Source of the DNA: an uncultured candidate division Zixibacteria bacterium
GTDB taxonomy: Bacteria; Zixibacteria; MSB-5A5; GN15; FEB-12
Length of the DNA: 53,830 bases
NCBI GenBank assembly: GCA_937900185.1
Contig: CALCCW010000229.1
Location: forward strand, 1-53,830
Reading direction: 5' to 3'
The notes under the pieces: model-generated
Databases searched by the model: none
What the model saw: only the letters and a program-made list of their open reading frames with translations
What the model was told of the DNA's origin: nothing
Shown: piece by piece, positions 32,166-39,812 of the stretch
How positions within the stretch are numbered: position 1 is the first letter of the stretch
Layout of the letters: every line of letters starts with the position of its first letter
Program-made: the position numbers and the translations under genes

Positions 32166-32220
32166 TAATACCGTATTGACAATACCGTATTGTAATTGTT
32201 CTAAGACAATACTGGTATTA
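32166..32220. promoter_or_regulatory. Array F2: TAATACCGTATTGA / CAATACCGTATTGT / (13 nt) / CAATACTGGTATTA, overlapping the probable rightward early promoter
   Basis: Contains TTGACA (32176-81) and TTGTTC-17 nt-TATTAA candidates. It lies 35-90 nt upstream of ATG 32254. Confidence 0.6.
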
Positions 32221-32253
32221 TTAACTGATGTTTGGAAACGTCAAGGAGAAATC

Positions 32254-32565
32254 ATGCTAAATAAGATTTTATCGGATAAGCGAGTTTTAACAGATGAAAC
32301 AAACTTTAATATTGGACAATACGGGGATTGTAAAATGATAAATATCCCAGCTAGTTATTTATGTAAGCTGTGGAAAAAGGTTTACAATAAACCGTGTCCA
32401 TTACATTATTACATAGCAGATGCTTTACCAATACTGAGATTGGAGCATAAACATATTTGGGCTGAACCAGATTTAAGTGATTATAATTTAGATATTTTTA
32501 GTAATTGGAAACCAGATTTAAGTGATTATATATTTGAGCCGGATGTAGATAAATTTGAACCTTAA
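32254..32565 (+). CDS. Small protein, DUF3820-like (putative)
   Basis: FNIGQYGDCKMINIPASYLCKLW resembles the DUF3820 fGKYkG..l.diP..YL.W pattern. ATG 32254 has an AAGGAG RBS; the track start TTG 32176 lies in the operator array. Confidence 0.4.
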   Translation: MLNKILSDKRVLTDETNFNIGQYGDCKMINIPASYLCKLWKKVYNKPCPLHYYIADALPILRLEHKHIWAEPDLSDYNLDIFSNWKPDLSDYIFEPDVDKFEP

Positions 32566-32619
32566 ATTAGCGATTGGATACATATTAGTGAAGAGAAGAT
32601 TTAACACACAGGAGCAATT

Positions 32620-34983
32620 ATGAAAAAATATGAGTCAAGTTTAGATGAGATAATTAAGTTATCGCCATTAGCAGAATTATATGAAGATGGGATGGAGATA
32701 CAGATACTTACAGAAACAGATGCTTTCCGGATAACAGATAAAATTCCACAAATAGATAAAGATAAAATTGTTGCAATAGGTTTAACTGGTTGGAACGCTA
32801 TAGAAAAAACAACTAAATATGTTACATTTGATATAGATAGTTTCAGTAATCATAAAAATGGTTTAAGCGACCTTGAAATGAATGATTTACTTCTTAAACT
32901 AGAAGAAATTGATTTTATTACAATTTACCGTAGTACCAGTGGCAAGGGTTATCATTTATATGTTACATTCACTGACCCGATACCAGCATTGACTAGGAAA
33001 GAGCATATCAATATTAGTAAATATATCCGGAATAAGATAAACATCTTATTAGGAGGCGGATTTAACAAAAAAGTTGATATTTCCGGTTTAGTATCTTGGA
33101 TATGGCATAGAGAAAAAATGACTGACCTATCATTTAAACTGATACAGGAAGGTAATACGTTGGAAATGGATATTTATTCCATTCTTAAATATGAAGAAGT
33201 ATCTAACCCAATTACTAAAATTAAAATTAATATTGAACTTGACGGTGAACACAGAGCATTGATAGATTATTTAAATGATAATAAGTTTAATTGGTGGTGG
33301 GAAGAAGCTAAACAATTATTAGTAACACATACATTATCATTAGTTAAAGCACATAAAGCATTAGGATTAAAAGGTGAATTCAATACCAATACTACTGGTT
33401 CAACTAAACATAATTGTTTTTTAGTGCCTTTACCAAACGGAGCATGGATTGTTCGGCGATTCGGTAATGTCGAAGAAAAAACTTGGTCTCAGAAAAATGA
33501 TTATTATTTTACTTATCTCAACAAAGCACTAACACTTAAAGAAGCAATGGATAAAATGAATGGTGTTGAAACGCCGTCAGGTGCTTATATGTTTATGGAA
33601 TTGGAACACGCTATTAAAGCATTAGAATATGTTAATATCAGTATTGACGTCCCGGCGTGGTCAGCAATTCGTGAAGCTAAAATACGCAAGAAAAATGGAC
33701 GCATAATACTTGAATTCCGGAGTGAGGGGAACGACAGAATCGATCAATTAAATGGTTGGATAAAGGAAGGCGGGTATTGGAAAAAGATAATTGGTGAAGA
33801 TGACCATGAAGAAGAAAAAATTGATTTAGCCAATGTCGATGATTTCTGCCGGTATTTACTTAATCCAGATTTATCAGATTTAGGTTGGTTTATCAATATC
33901 GATGGTCAATGGTCACGTCAGAGTTTAGTAAATGTTAAGCATCGTTTATTTACACGTTTTATGAAAGATAATATGGTTAAAAGTATTGTCGGTAATATGA
34001 TTGAACACGCTTGGCATAAAGTTGTTAAACCGTTCCAACCGGAATACACTGGAAACCGTGAATGGAACTTCGGCTCACGTCTTAATTATGTTGTCGGCGA
34101 AGACCATGGTGATACCCCTGCATGGGATGCAATTTTTACACATTTAGGTGAGTCTATAGATATAGAGGCTAGGGCTGATCTCGGTATTAGTGGTAAACAA
34201 TACCTTTTATATTGGGTGGTTGCTATGCTTCGTAATCCCGGCGAACCACTTTCTTACCTCTTTTTCCACGGTCCACAGAACAGCGGTAAAAGTATGTTTC
34301 ACGAAGCACTGGGAATACTGTTTCATCGGGGCTATGTTAAAGCAGATAAAGCATTAACTAATCCACAGGGTTTCAATGGTGAGTTGGAGAATGCTGTTTT
34401 ATGTGTAATTGAAGAAACTGATTTATCAAAAACCAATGCCTATAATAGAATTAAGGAATGGGTTACAGCTAAAGATATTTCTATACATAGAAAAGGTGAT
34501 ACACCATTTATGTCAAAGAACTACACGCACTGGATTCAAGCCTCAAATTCATATAAGGAATTACCTATGTTTTCCGGCGATACACGTATTACTGTAATAC
34601 CTGTTAGACCACTAGAGCATATAATAAATAAACGCGATTTTATGAAATCCCTATATAATGAGGCACAATATTTCATTAATAAAATTTATTATCTTACAAT
34701 ACCTGAGTATAATGATAGATTATTAATACCAGCATTGATGAGTACTGATAAACTTAAAATTGAGTCTCAGAATGATGACACTGTAACGACATTTATAAAT
34801 GAATATTGTGAAGTAGGTGATTATGAAGAATTGTTTAGTGTAGCGTATATTAAATTTTGTAATGAATATGGAGGTGATATGAGTAAAATCAGTTTCGGTA
34901 AACAAATCCCATTGGAATTTGAAAAATGTAAACGTAAGTCTGATAATCAAACGGTTATTAAAGGTCTTAAATTAAAACAATAG
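32620..34983 (+). CDS. Primase-polymerase (AEP) fused to SF3/D5-type helicase
   Basis: FDIDS...IYRSTSGKGYHLYVTF (AEP motifs), FHGPQNSGKSMF (Walker A) and VLCVIEETD (Walker B). AGGAGCAATT RBS. Confidence 0.85.
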   Translation: MKKYESSLDEIIKLSPLAELYEDGMEIQILTETDAFRITDKIPQIDKDKIVAIGLTGWNAIEKTTKYVTFDIDSFSNHKNGLSDLEMNDLLLKLEEIDFITIYRSTSGKGYHLYVTFTDPIPALTRKEHINISKYIRNKINILLGGGFNKKVDISGLVSWIWHREKMTDLSFKLIQEGNTLEMDIYSILKYEEVSNPITKIKINIELDGEHRALIDYLNDNKFNWWWEEAKQLLVTHTLSLVKAHKALGLKGEFNTNTTGSTKHNCFLVPLPNGAWIVRRFGNVEEKTWSQKNDYYFTYLNKALTLKEAMDKMNGVETPSGAYMFMELEHAIKALEYVNISIDVPAWSAIREAKIRKKNGRIILEFRSEGNDRIDQLNGWIKEGGYWKKIIGEDDHEEEKIDLANVDDFCRYLLNPDLSDLGWFINIDGQWSRQSLVNVKHRLFTRFMKDNMVKSIVGNMIEHAWHKVVKPFQPEYTGNREWNFGSRLNYVVGEDHGDTPAWDAIFTHLGESIDIEARADLGISGKQYLLYWVVAMLRNPGEPLSYLFFHGPQNSGKSMFHEALGILFHRGYVKADKALTNPQGFNGELENAVLCVIEETDLSKTNAYNRIKEWVTAKDISIHRKGDTPFMSKNYTHWIQASNSYKELPMFSGDTRITVIPVRPLEHIINKRDFMKSLYNEAQYFINKIYYLTIPEYNDRLLIPALMSTDKLKIESQNDDTVTTFINEYCEVGDYEELFSVAYIKFCNEYGGDMSKISFGKQIPLEFEKCKRKSDNQTVIKGLKLKQ

Positions 34984-35003
34984 TTATTAACAGGAGCAAT
35001 AAT

Positions 35004-35177
35004 ATGAATACACGTATTATGGAAAAGATGGGTTACAAGAATGAAGTGAGGTTAATCATGGAAGGCAAATGTCCGAAATGTAAAGATATCATCACTAAAT
35101 TTAGAGATGAATTATCACTTAAAGAGTATAAAATCTCAGGGCTATGTCAAGAGTGTCAAGATGAGGTGTACAGATGA
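35004..35177 (+). CDS. 57-aa zinc-ribbon protein
   Basis: Not in the track. AGGAGCAATAAT RBS; CPKC...CQEC; ATGA overlap with the next gene. Confidence 0.5.
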   Translation: MNTRIMEKMGYKNEVRLIMEGKCPKCKDIITKFRDELSLKEYKISGLCQECQDEVYR

Positions 35178-35458
35178 AATATTCATGTGAATCATGTAAT
35201 AAAGATATGGTTATTAGCAAGACGGTCGAAGGCAATATTCCGGAAATAATGCCATGCCCATTTTGTGGCGGTCTAACACATTTTATTAACAGTTATGACA
35301 TCGAACCTAAATTTGAGTTTTATAAACCGGAGACCAATGCTGAGATTAAAAAACTTTGTAGTTCTCGTAAACAGTTTGATATAATTAGTAGATATGTTAG
35401 ACAAGGAAATTTGTTAATTAAACCATTGATAGGAGAAACAGATGAAGATTTACATTAG
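35174..35458 (+). CDS. Zinc-ribbon protein
   Basis: 94 aa; CESC...CPFCGG. Confidence 0.55.
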   Translation: MKYSCESCNKDMVISKTVEGNIPEIMPCPFCGGLTHFINSYDIEPKFEFYKPETNAEIKKLCSSRKQFDIISRYVRQGNLLIKPLIGETDEDLH

Positions 35459-35735
35459 TGGAAAAATCACCGGTGATGACAATGCCATATATAAATTCAC
35501 AAGAGCGGAACAACGTTTAAAAGGTCAGTATCCCAATGCTGTAATTGTAAACCCGCTCAAACCGTATTTACCGGAGGTGTGTTGGCTCGATTTCATTATA
35601 CTTGATATAATGAAATTGTCTACATGCACACATATTTGTTTATTGCCAGATTATAGTGAAAGTACTGGAGCAATAATAGAATCATTAATAGCTGATAAAC
35701 TTGGTTTAGAAACTGTTTTTATATTGCCTAACTAG
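35442..35735 (+). CDS. DUF4406 / nucleoside 2-deoxyribosyltransferase-like protein
   Basis: MKIYISGKITGD...NP...CLLPDYSESTGAIIE matches the DUF4406 pattern as I recall it. Confidence 0.65.
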   Translation: MKIYISGKITGDDNAIYKFTRAEQRLKGQYPNAVIVNPLKPYLPEVCWLDFIILDIMKLSTCTHICLLPDYSESTGAIIESLIADKLGLETVFILPN

Positions 35736-35744
35736 GAGTGATAA

Positions 35745-35951
35745 ATGTTTGAATTATTTAAAGATGTAATACTGGTATTAAATGATGAATATGGCATTAA
35801 GGTAGAAAACTGGACACTTTATTTTAATAATGGTTCATGGGTTTTTACTGTCAATAAAAAAATTACACTTATAATACCGATATTAGAATTAGACGTAAAT
35901 GAAATTGCAATAGATATTGTAGTAGCAATGGAGGAATTAGAAAATGGATAA
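35745..35951 (+). CDS. Hypothetical protein
   Basis: 68 aa; GGAG RBS. Confidence 0.55.
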   Translation: MFELFKDVILVLNDEYGIKVENWTLYFNNGSWVFTVNKKITLIIPILELDVNEIAIDIVVAMEELENG

Positions 35952-36126
35952 CTTAACAACATTAGCTGACAAAACTGAATACAAAGAATGGTTATTAGAA
36001 AAGGCTAAAGAGGAATGTAAGAAATGTAAGTATGATTGTAAGTTGAAGAATGTTAAAAGTCATTGTTTAAATTATGAGGAGAAGAAAAATGAGTTTAGTA
36101 GACACACTTTTAAGTATGGACGATAG
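35944..36126 (+). CDS. Hypothetical Lys/Cys-rich protein
   Basis: 60 aa; overlaps the start of the methylase gene. Confidence 0.45.
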   Translation: MDNLTTLADKTEYKEWLLEKAKEECKKCKYDCKLKNVKSHCLNYEEKKNEFSRHTFKYGR

Positions 36127-36910
36127 TGAAAATGTCGATGAACATAAAACTATTATTAAAGCACCATTTGGTTGGTTAGGTGGTAAAGCATTTATGTGTG
36201 ACCAAATAAATGAGATAATGCCTTTAAGGAAAATTTATGTTGAACCATTCGGTGGCAGTGGTATAACATTGCTTAAACGTAGACAAAGTGATATAGAAGT
36301 TTTTAATGACCGCAATTCCGGTATTACTGATTTTTATCTTACAATACAAGATGACCCACAATATATCATTGATGGTATTAATGATATGATTTATAGTAAA
36401 GAATTATTTTACTACTACAAAAATAATTGGCAAACCATAACTGATAGGAAACAACGTGCATTGATATGGTATTATGTTATACGTACTAGCTGGGGCGGTA
36501 AAGGATTATACTTTGGCTTAGAAAAGACTAAAAACGTAACTAATCGTTTATATACAAATCTAAAGTATTTCGCAGAAATTAATAAACGGTTGCGTAATGT
36601 CATAATTGAAAATCACGATTATAAGTCATTACTTAAATATTATGATTCGCCGGATACAGTATTTTACCTTGACCCACCATATACCGGTTGTGATAATCAT
36701 TATGAATACCAAATAAATCACACTGAATTTTTAGAGCTAGTTTTTAGTTTATCCGGATATGTGTTAGTTAGTAATTTTGAATCAACAGAATACTTAGCTT
36801 GTGATTGGAATGAAACTATAATGGTTAAGCAACGTTACTCAATGCATAAAGAAGGTAAAAATAATAACGATAGAGTAGAAATGCTCTATATTAAGGAATC
36901 TAACAGTTAA
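36089..36910 (+). CDS. DNA N6-adenine methyltransferase, D12 (Dam) class
   Basis: PFGWLGGK, YVEPFGGSG (SAM binding) and FYLDPPYTG (DPPY). ATG 36089 follows GAGGAG; the track start at 36074 has no RBS. Confidence 0.85.
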   Translation: MSLVDTLLSMDDSENVDEHKTIIKAPFGWLGGKAFMCDQINEIMPLRKIYVEPFGGSGITLLKRRQSDIEVFNDRNSGITDFYLTIQDDPQYIIDGINDMIYSKELFYYYKNNWQTITDRKQRALIWYYVIRTSWGGKGLYFGLEKTKNVTNRLYTNLKYFAEINKRLRNVIIENHDYKSLLKYYDSPDTVFYLDPPYTGCDNHYEYQINHTEFLELVFSLSGYVLVSNFESTEYLACDWNETIMVKQRYSMHKEGKNNNDRVEMLYIKESNS

Positions 36911-36928
36911 TAAAAAGGAGACTAGATA

Positions 36929-37258
36929 ATGTCTGAATTTAAAAAATTTAAAAAAGAGTGTAAAAGATTAATTAAAGTATTCGGCTTAAGTGATTGGTCT
37001 GTTAAATACTCATATTTAAAAATGGATGTAAATGGTAGGGCTACATTTAATAATGATCATTTATGGTGTGAATTAAAATTATCTAAAACACCATGTAATA
37101 ATTATAAAGGTGCTATATGGACTGCTAGACATGAAGTAGGTCATATTTTATTTGCTGAAATTTCAGAATATGCCTATACTGGTGCATCTGAAAGAATTAT
37201 CGATTTAGAGTGTGAAAGATTTGCTAATAGGTTTGCTAACGGTTTGGAGGTGAAATAA
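36929..37258 (+). CDS. Small HExxH protein (putative zinc metallopeptidase, SprT/ImmA-like)
   Basis: 109 aa with ARHEVGHILF. Confidence 0.4.
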   Translation: MSEFKKFKKECKRLIKVFGLSDWSVKYSYLKMDVNGRATFNNDHLWCELKLSKTPCNNYKGAIWTARHEVGHILFAEISEYAYTGASERIIDLECERFANRFANGLEVK

Positions 37259-37725
37259 TGTATTGTGCAGTATATCATGATAATAAGAAATTATGTCTGT
37301 TAGCATTAGACCAATCATACACGCCGGATAAAACCATAATGCCGGTATTGATTCCGTTCAATGAAATGTTTACATCTAACTTATGTGAGTGGTATGAGAA
37401 ACACGTTCACGATGAACACAAAATACAGATAATTACTTATGACTTCTTATATGTATATCAAGGAATAGCTAATCATATTGAAGTACCATATCACTATATA
37501 TTCAATAATTTATTTGTTGATGTCTATAGCGTATGTCATTTAATAAATAGGCGTACTAAAATTATGAGTGAATATAACAGGATTAGACCTCCCAAAAGTC
37601 TAACAATGCTGTTTAATTATTTCCAAATGAATAAAGTATTATATGATACTAAAAAGGATTTAGCTAAAAACACGCTTAAAATTAGTCAGTGTTATATTAA
37701 AACAATTACAATGAATATGGTATAG
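37258..37725 (+). CDS. Hypothetical protein
   Basis: 155-aa ORF with an ATAATG overlap-type junction. Confidence 0.55.
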   Translation: MYCAVYHDNKKLCLLALDQSYTPDKTIMPVLIPFNEMFTSNLCEWYEKHVHDEHKIQIITYDFLYVYQGIANHIEVPYHYIFNNLFVDVYSVCHLINRRTKIMSEYNRIRPPKSLTMLFNYFQMNKVLYDTKKDLAKNTLKISQCYIKTITMNMV

Positions 37726-37745
37726 CAATAGCTAAAAGGGATATT

Positions 37746-37967
37746 ATGAAAGAACAGTTATCTAAAATATTATGGGATAAGAGTATTAGTATTAATAGAA
37801 TAGTTGATGTAATGGGTATTCATCGTCATACTGCTCACAGAATGTTAGAAAACCCTGAACAAGTATCATTAGAATTATTTATAGATACAATACTGAGATT
37901 AGGAATTGAGTTTGAAGTTAAAAATGGTAAGTTTATCTTATCAGCTAAAAATAAGGATTTATTATGA
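37746..37967 (+). CDS. Helix-turn-helix DNA-binding protein
   Basis: 73 aa; SINRIVDVMGIHRHTAHRML is HTH-like. Confidence 0.5.
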   Translation: MKEQLSKILWDKSISINRIVDVMGIHRHTAHRMLENPEQVSLELFIDTILRLGIEFEVKNGKFILSAKNKDLL

Positions 37968-37981
37968 GAGAAGGTGAAATA

Positions 37982-38332
37982 ATGTATAAAGATTACGGTA
38001 ATTGTAGTAGTGAACAAGAGATAATAGATAATGATAAAATGGTAACAGAGGCTAGTGGAGGTAAAAAAGCAGACGGTGGTAAGATTCGGTGGAGCTTGCT
38101 CTTGTGGGATTCGCTAATACCGGTAGTACGAGTGCTTATGTTTGGTGCTAGTAAATACGGTGAAGAGAATTGGCAAAAAGTATCATCGAGACGTTATCGG
38201 GATGCATTATTGCGTCATATTTTAACAGATGAAGAAATTGATAGTGAAACTGGTGAGCCACATTATGCTCATGCTATATGTTGTCTATTGTTTCTATTAT
38301 GGTTAAAAAAGCATACCGGCAACAGGAGCTGA
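37982..38332 (+). CDS. DUF5664-type protein (dATP/dGTP pyrophosphohydrolase-like)
   Basis: GGKIRWSLL...VLMFGASKYGEENW...YRDALLRHIL...ETGEPHYAHAICCLLFL. ATG 37982 follows AAGGTG. Confidence 0.55.
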   Translation: MYKDYGNCSSEQEIIDNDKMVTEASGGKKADGGKIRWSLLLWDSLIPVVRVLMFGASKYGEENWQKVSSRRYRDALLRHILTDEEIDSETGEPHYAHAICCLLFLLWLKKHTGNRS

Positions 38333-38361
38333 TTACCGGTATGAGAAAACTTACGTTTTTA

Positions 38362-38766
38362 CTATTTTTTAGCAATTCGTTTACGTGGCGTTTTAACCTG
38401 TGGTGTTTTCACCTCCGGAAAATCCCATTTTTCCGGTACTTCATCTAGCAGAATATCAGTATTACAGACTATATCTCTGATGATATTCATACGTTTTCTA
38501 AACTGACATTTAAGGCAACGTCCTACACCGTCATAATATTCCAATGTTTCTTTAAACTGTTGGATTATCATTGTACGGTGTTTAAGTAAGAATTGGTTGT
38601 GATATAATAGTTTCCTATAATCACATACCAATTCTTCTTCTGTTTTATAACGACACCTTAAATGTGCGAATGAAAGGTGTGGAAATAAATACCTTTTATA
38701 CAGTACTTGCTCCATACTCATTTTTCCGAATCTCGATGTATCAACATCTTTACTTACTCTTAACAT
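38362..38766 (-). CDS. Hypothetical protein (last gene of the late block)
   Basis: 134 aa, basic C-terminus. Convergent with the plus block, with only a 29-bp gap. Confidence 0.6.
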   Translation of the reverse strand: MLRVSKDVDTSRFGKMSMEQVLYKRYLFPHLSFAHLRCRYKTEEELVCDYRKLLYHNQFLLKHRTMIIQQFKETLEYYDGVGRCLKCQFRKRMNIIRDIVCNTDILLDEVPEKWDFPEVKTPQVKTPRKRIAKK

Positions 38767-38792
38767 AAAAACCTCCTTTGTTAGGTACTTTA

Positions 38793-39812
38793 TTATTCAC
38801 CGAATGCATCATATACAATATATGATTCAAATTCACAACGACAATCTATTGGTATTTGACTTGCCATATCAGGGTAAATATCATAAAAATAATTATCTAA
38901 TAATTTATAACTGTTTCCAAGATTACTGACGAATGTATTTTTAATAATGTTATAAGATATAGGGAAATTATTTAAATCCCATACTCTAGTTGATGCCGGT
39001 ATTGTACTTTCAACAATTATACTATAAGGTGTATCTGTAGTATAACTATATTCATAATCATCACCACTTTCATACCCATCTGAAGCAGTACCACTAGGCT
39101 TAAAACCGTAGTTAGTGTAATTATATTTAGTTATTGTGACTTTAGTTAATATCTTAACACTTTTAGGCATCATTGGGAAATAAACTTTAGGGTCTTTATA
39201 TTTACAACCACCTAAACCAAATGTAGTAGTACCGGTTCTAACATAAGTAGCTTCTGATATTATACCACCACTTTTTAAAAAACTACGGAAATAATTATAA
39301 CCTTGAAAGTAATCATCTGTTGCATTAAATAAATTAGCATCAATAACTGATAGGTTCACATCTCTTATATATTTAATATCTATATTATTAAATTGCGAAC
39401 CATCCCACTTATAATAATAACCCCATATTTCACATTTACCTGCTGGGAATGGGTTAGGTGCATGAAATACTTTTGCGTAATCACAAGGTGTCTTTGTATT
39501 ATTTTGTAAAAAAATATATTTATGAGCACCAGATAATGTTGTATCAGGATTTGCAATCCAGTAAGCTAAATCATCTTTACTAATTATATAATCATTATAT
39601 AATCCATCATAAGAGCTTGTAATTAAGTTAATATCTGGTATCAAATTATTTGTTAATTCTGGCATAATCATTTTATAAATTAAACCAGAATTTACTTCAT
39701 TATCTGAACTCAAATATAAACAACTTGAATTTGTAGGTAATACCTTTTTTAAAAATTCTACTTCATGAAAAGTTTTATCTTTAGTATCTATATATGGACC
39801 ACTGTAATACAT
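38793..39812 (-). CDS. Tyr/Asn/Asp-rich tail-distal protein (fibre/receptor-binding candidate)
   Basis: 339 aa in a very AT-rich segment at the distal end of the tail module. Confidence 0.4.
   Translation of the reverse strand: MYYSGPYIDTKDKTFHEVEFLKKVLPTNSSCLYLSSDNEVNSGLIYKMIMPELTNNLIPDINLITSSYDGLYNDYIISKDDLAYWIANPDTTLSGAHKYIFLQNNTKTPCDYAKVFHAPNPFPAGKCEIWGYYYKWDGSQFNNIDIKYIRDVNLSVIDANLFNATDDYFQGYNYFRSFLKSGGIISEATYVRTGTTTFGLGGCKYKDPKVYFPMMPKSVKILTKVTITKYNYTNYGFKPSGTASDGYESGDDYEYSYTTDTPYSIIVESTIPASTRVWDLNNFPISYNIIKNTFVSNLGNSYKLLDNYFYDIYPDMASQIPIDCRCEFESYIVYDAFGE

Noticed and set aside
32176-32253. Track start (TTG 32176) of the first plus-strand gene.
   Set aside because: The TTG is the TTGACA inside the CAATACCGTATTGACAATACCGTATTG operator-like array and has no RBS. 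ATG 32254 has AAGGAG at ideal spacing. The same logic applied to the TTG-initiated track starts at 3103, 3893, 19567, 22318, 25283, 26502 and 29486.
38333-38361. Bidirectional terminator expected between the convergent plus and minus blocks.
   Set aside because: The gap is only 29 bp, and I could not build a convincing GC-containing hairpin there.
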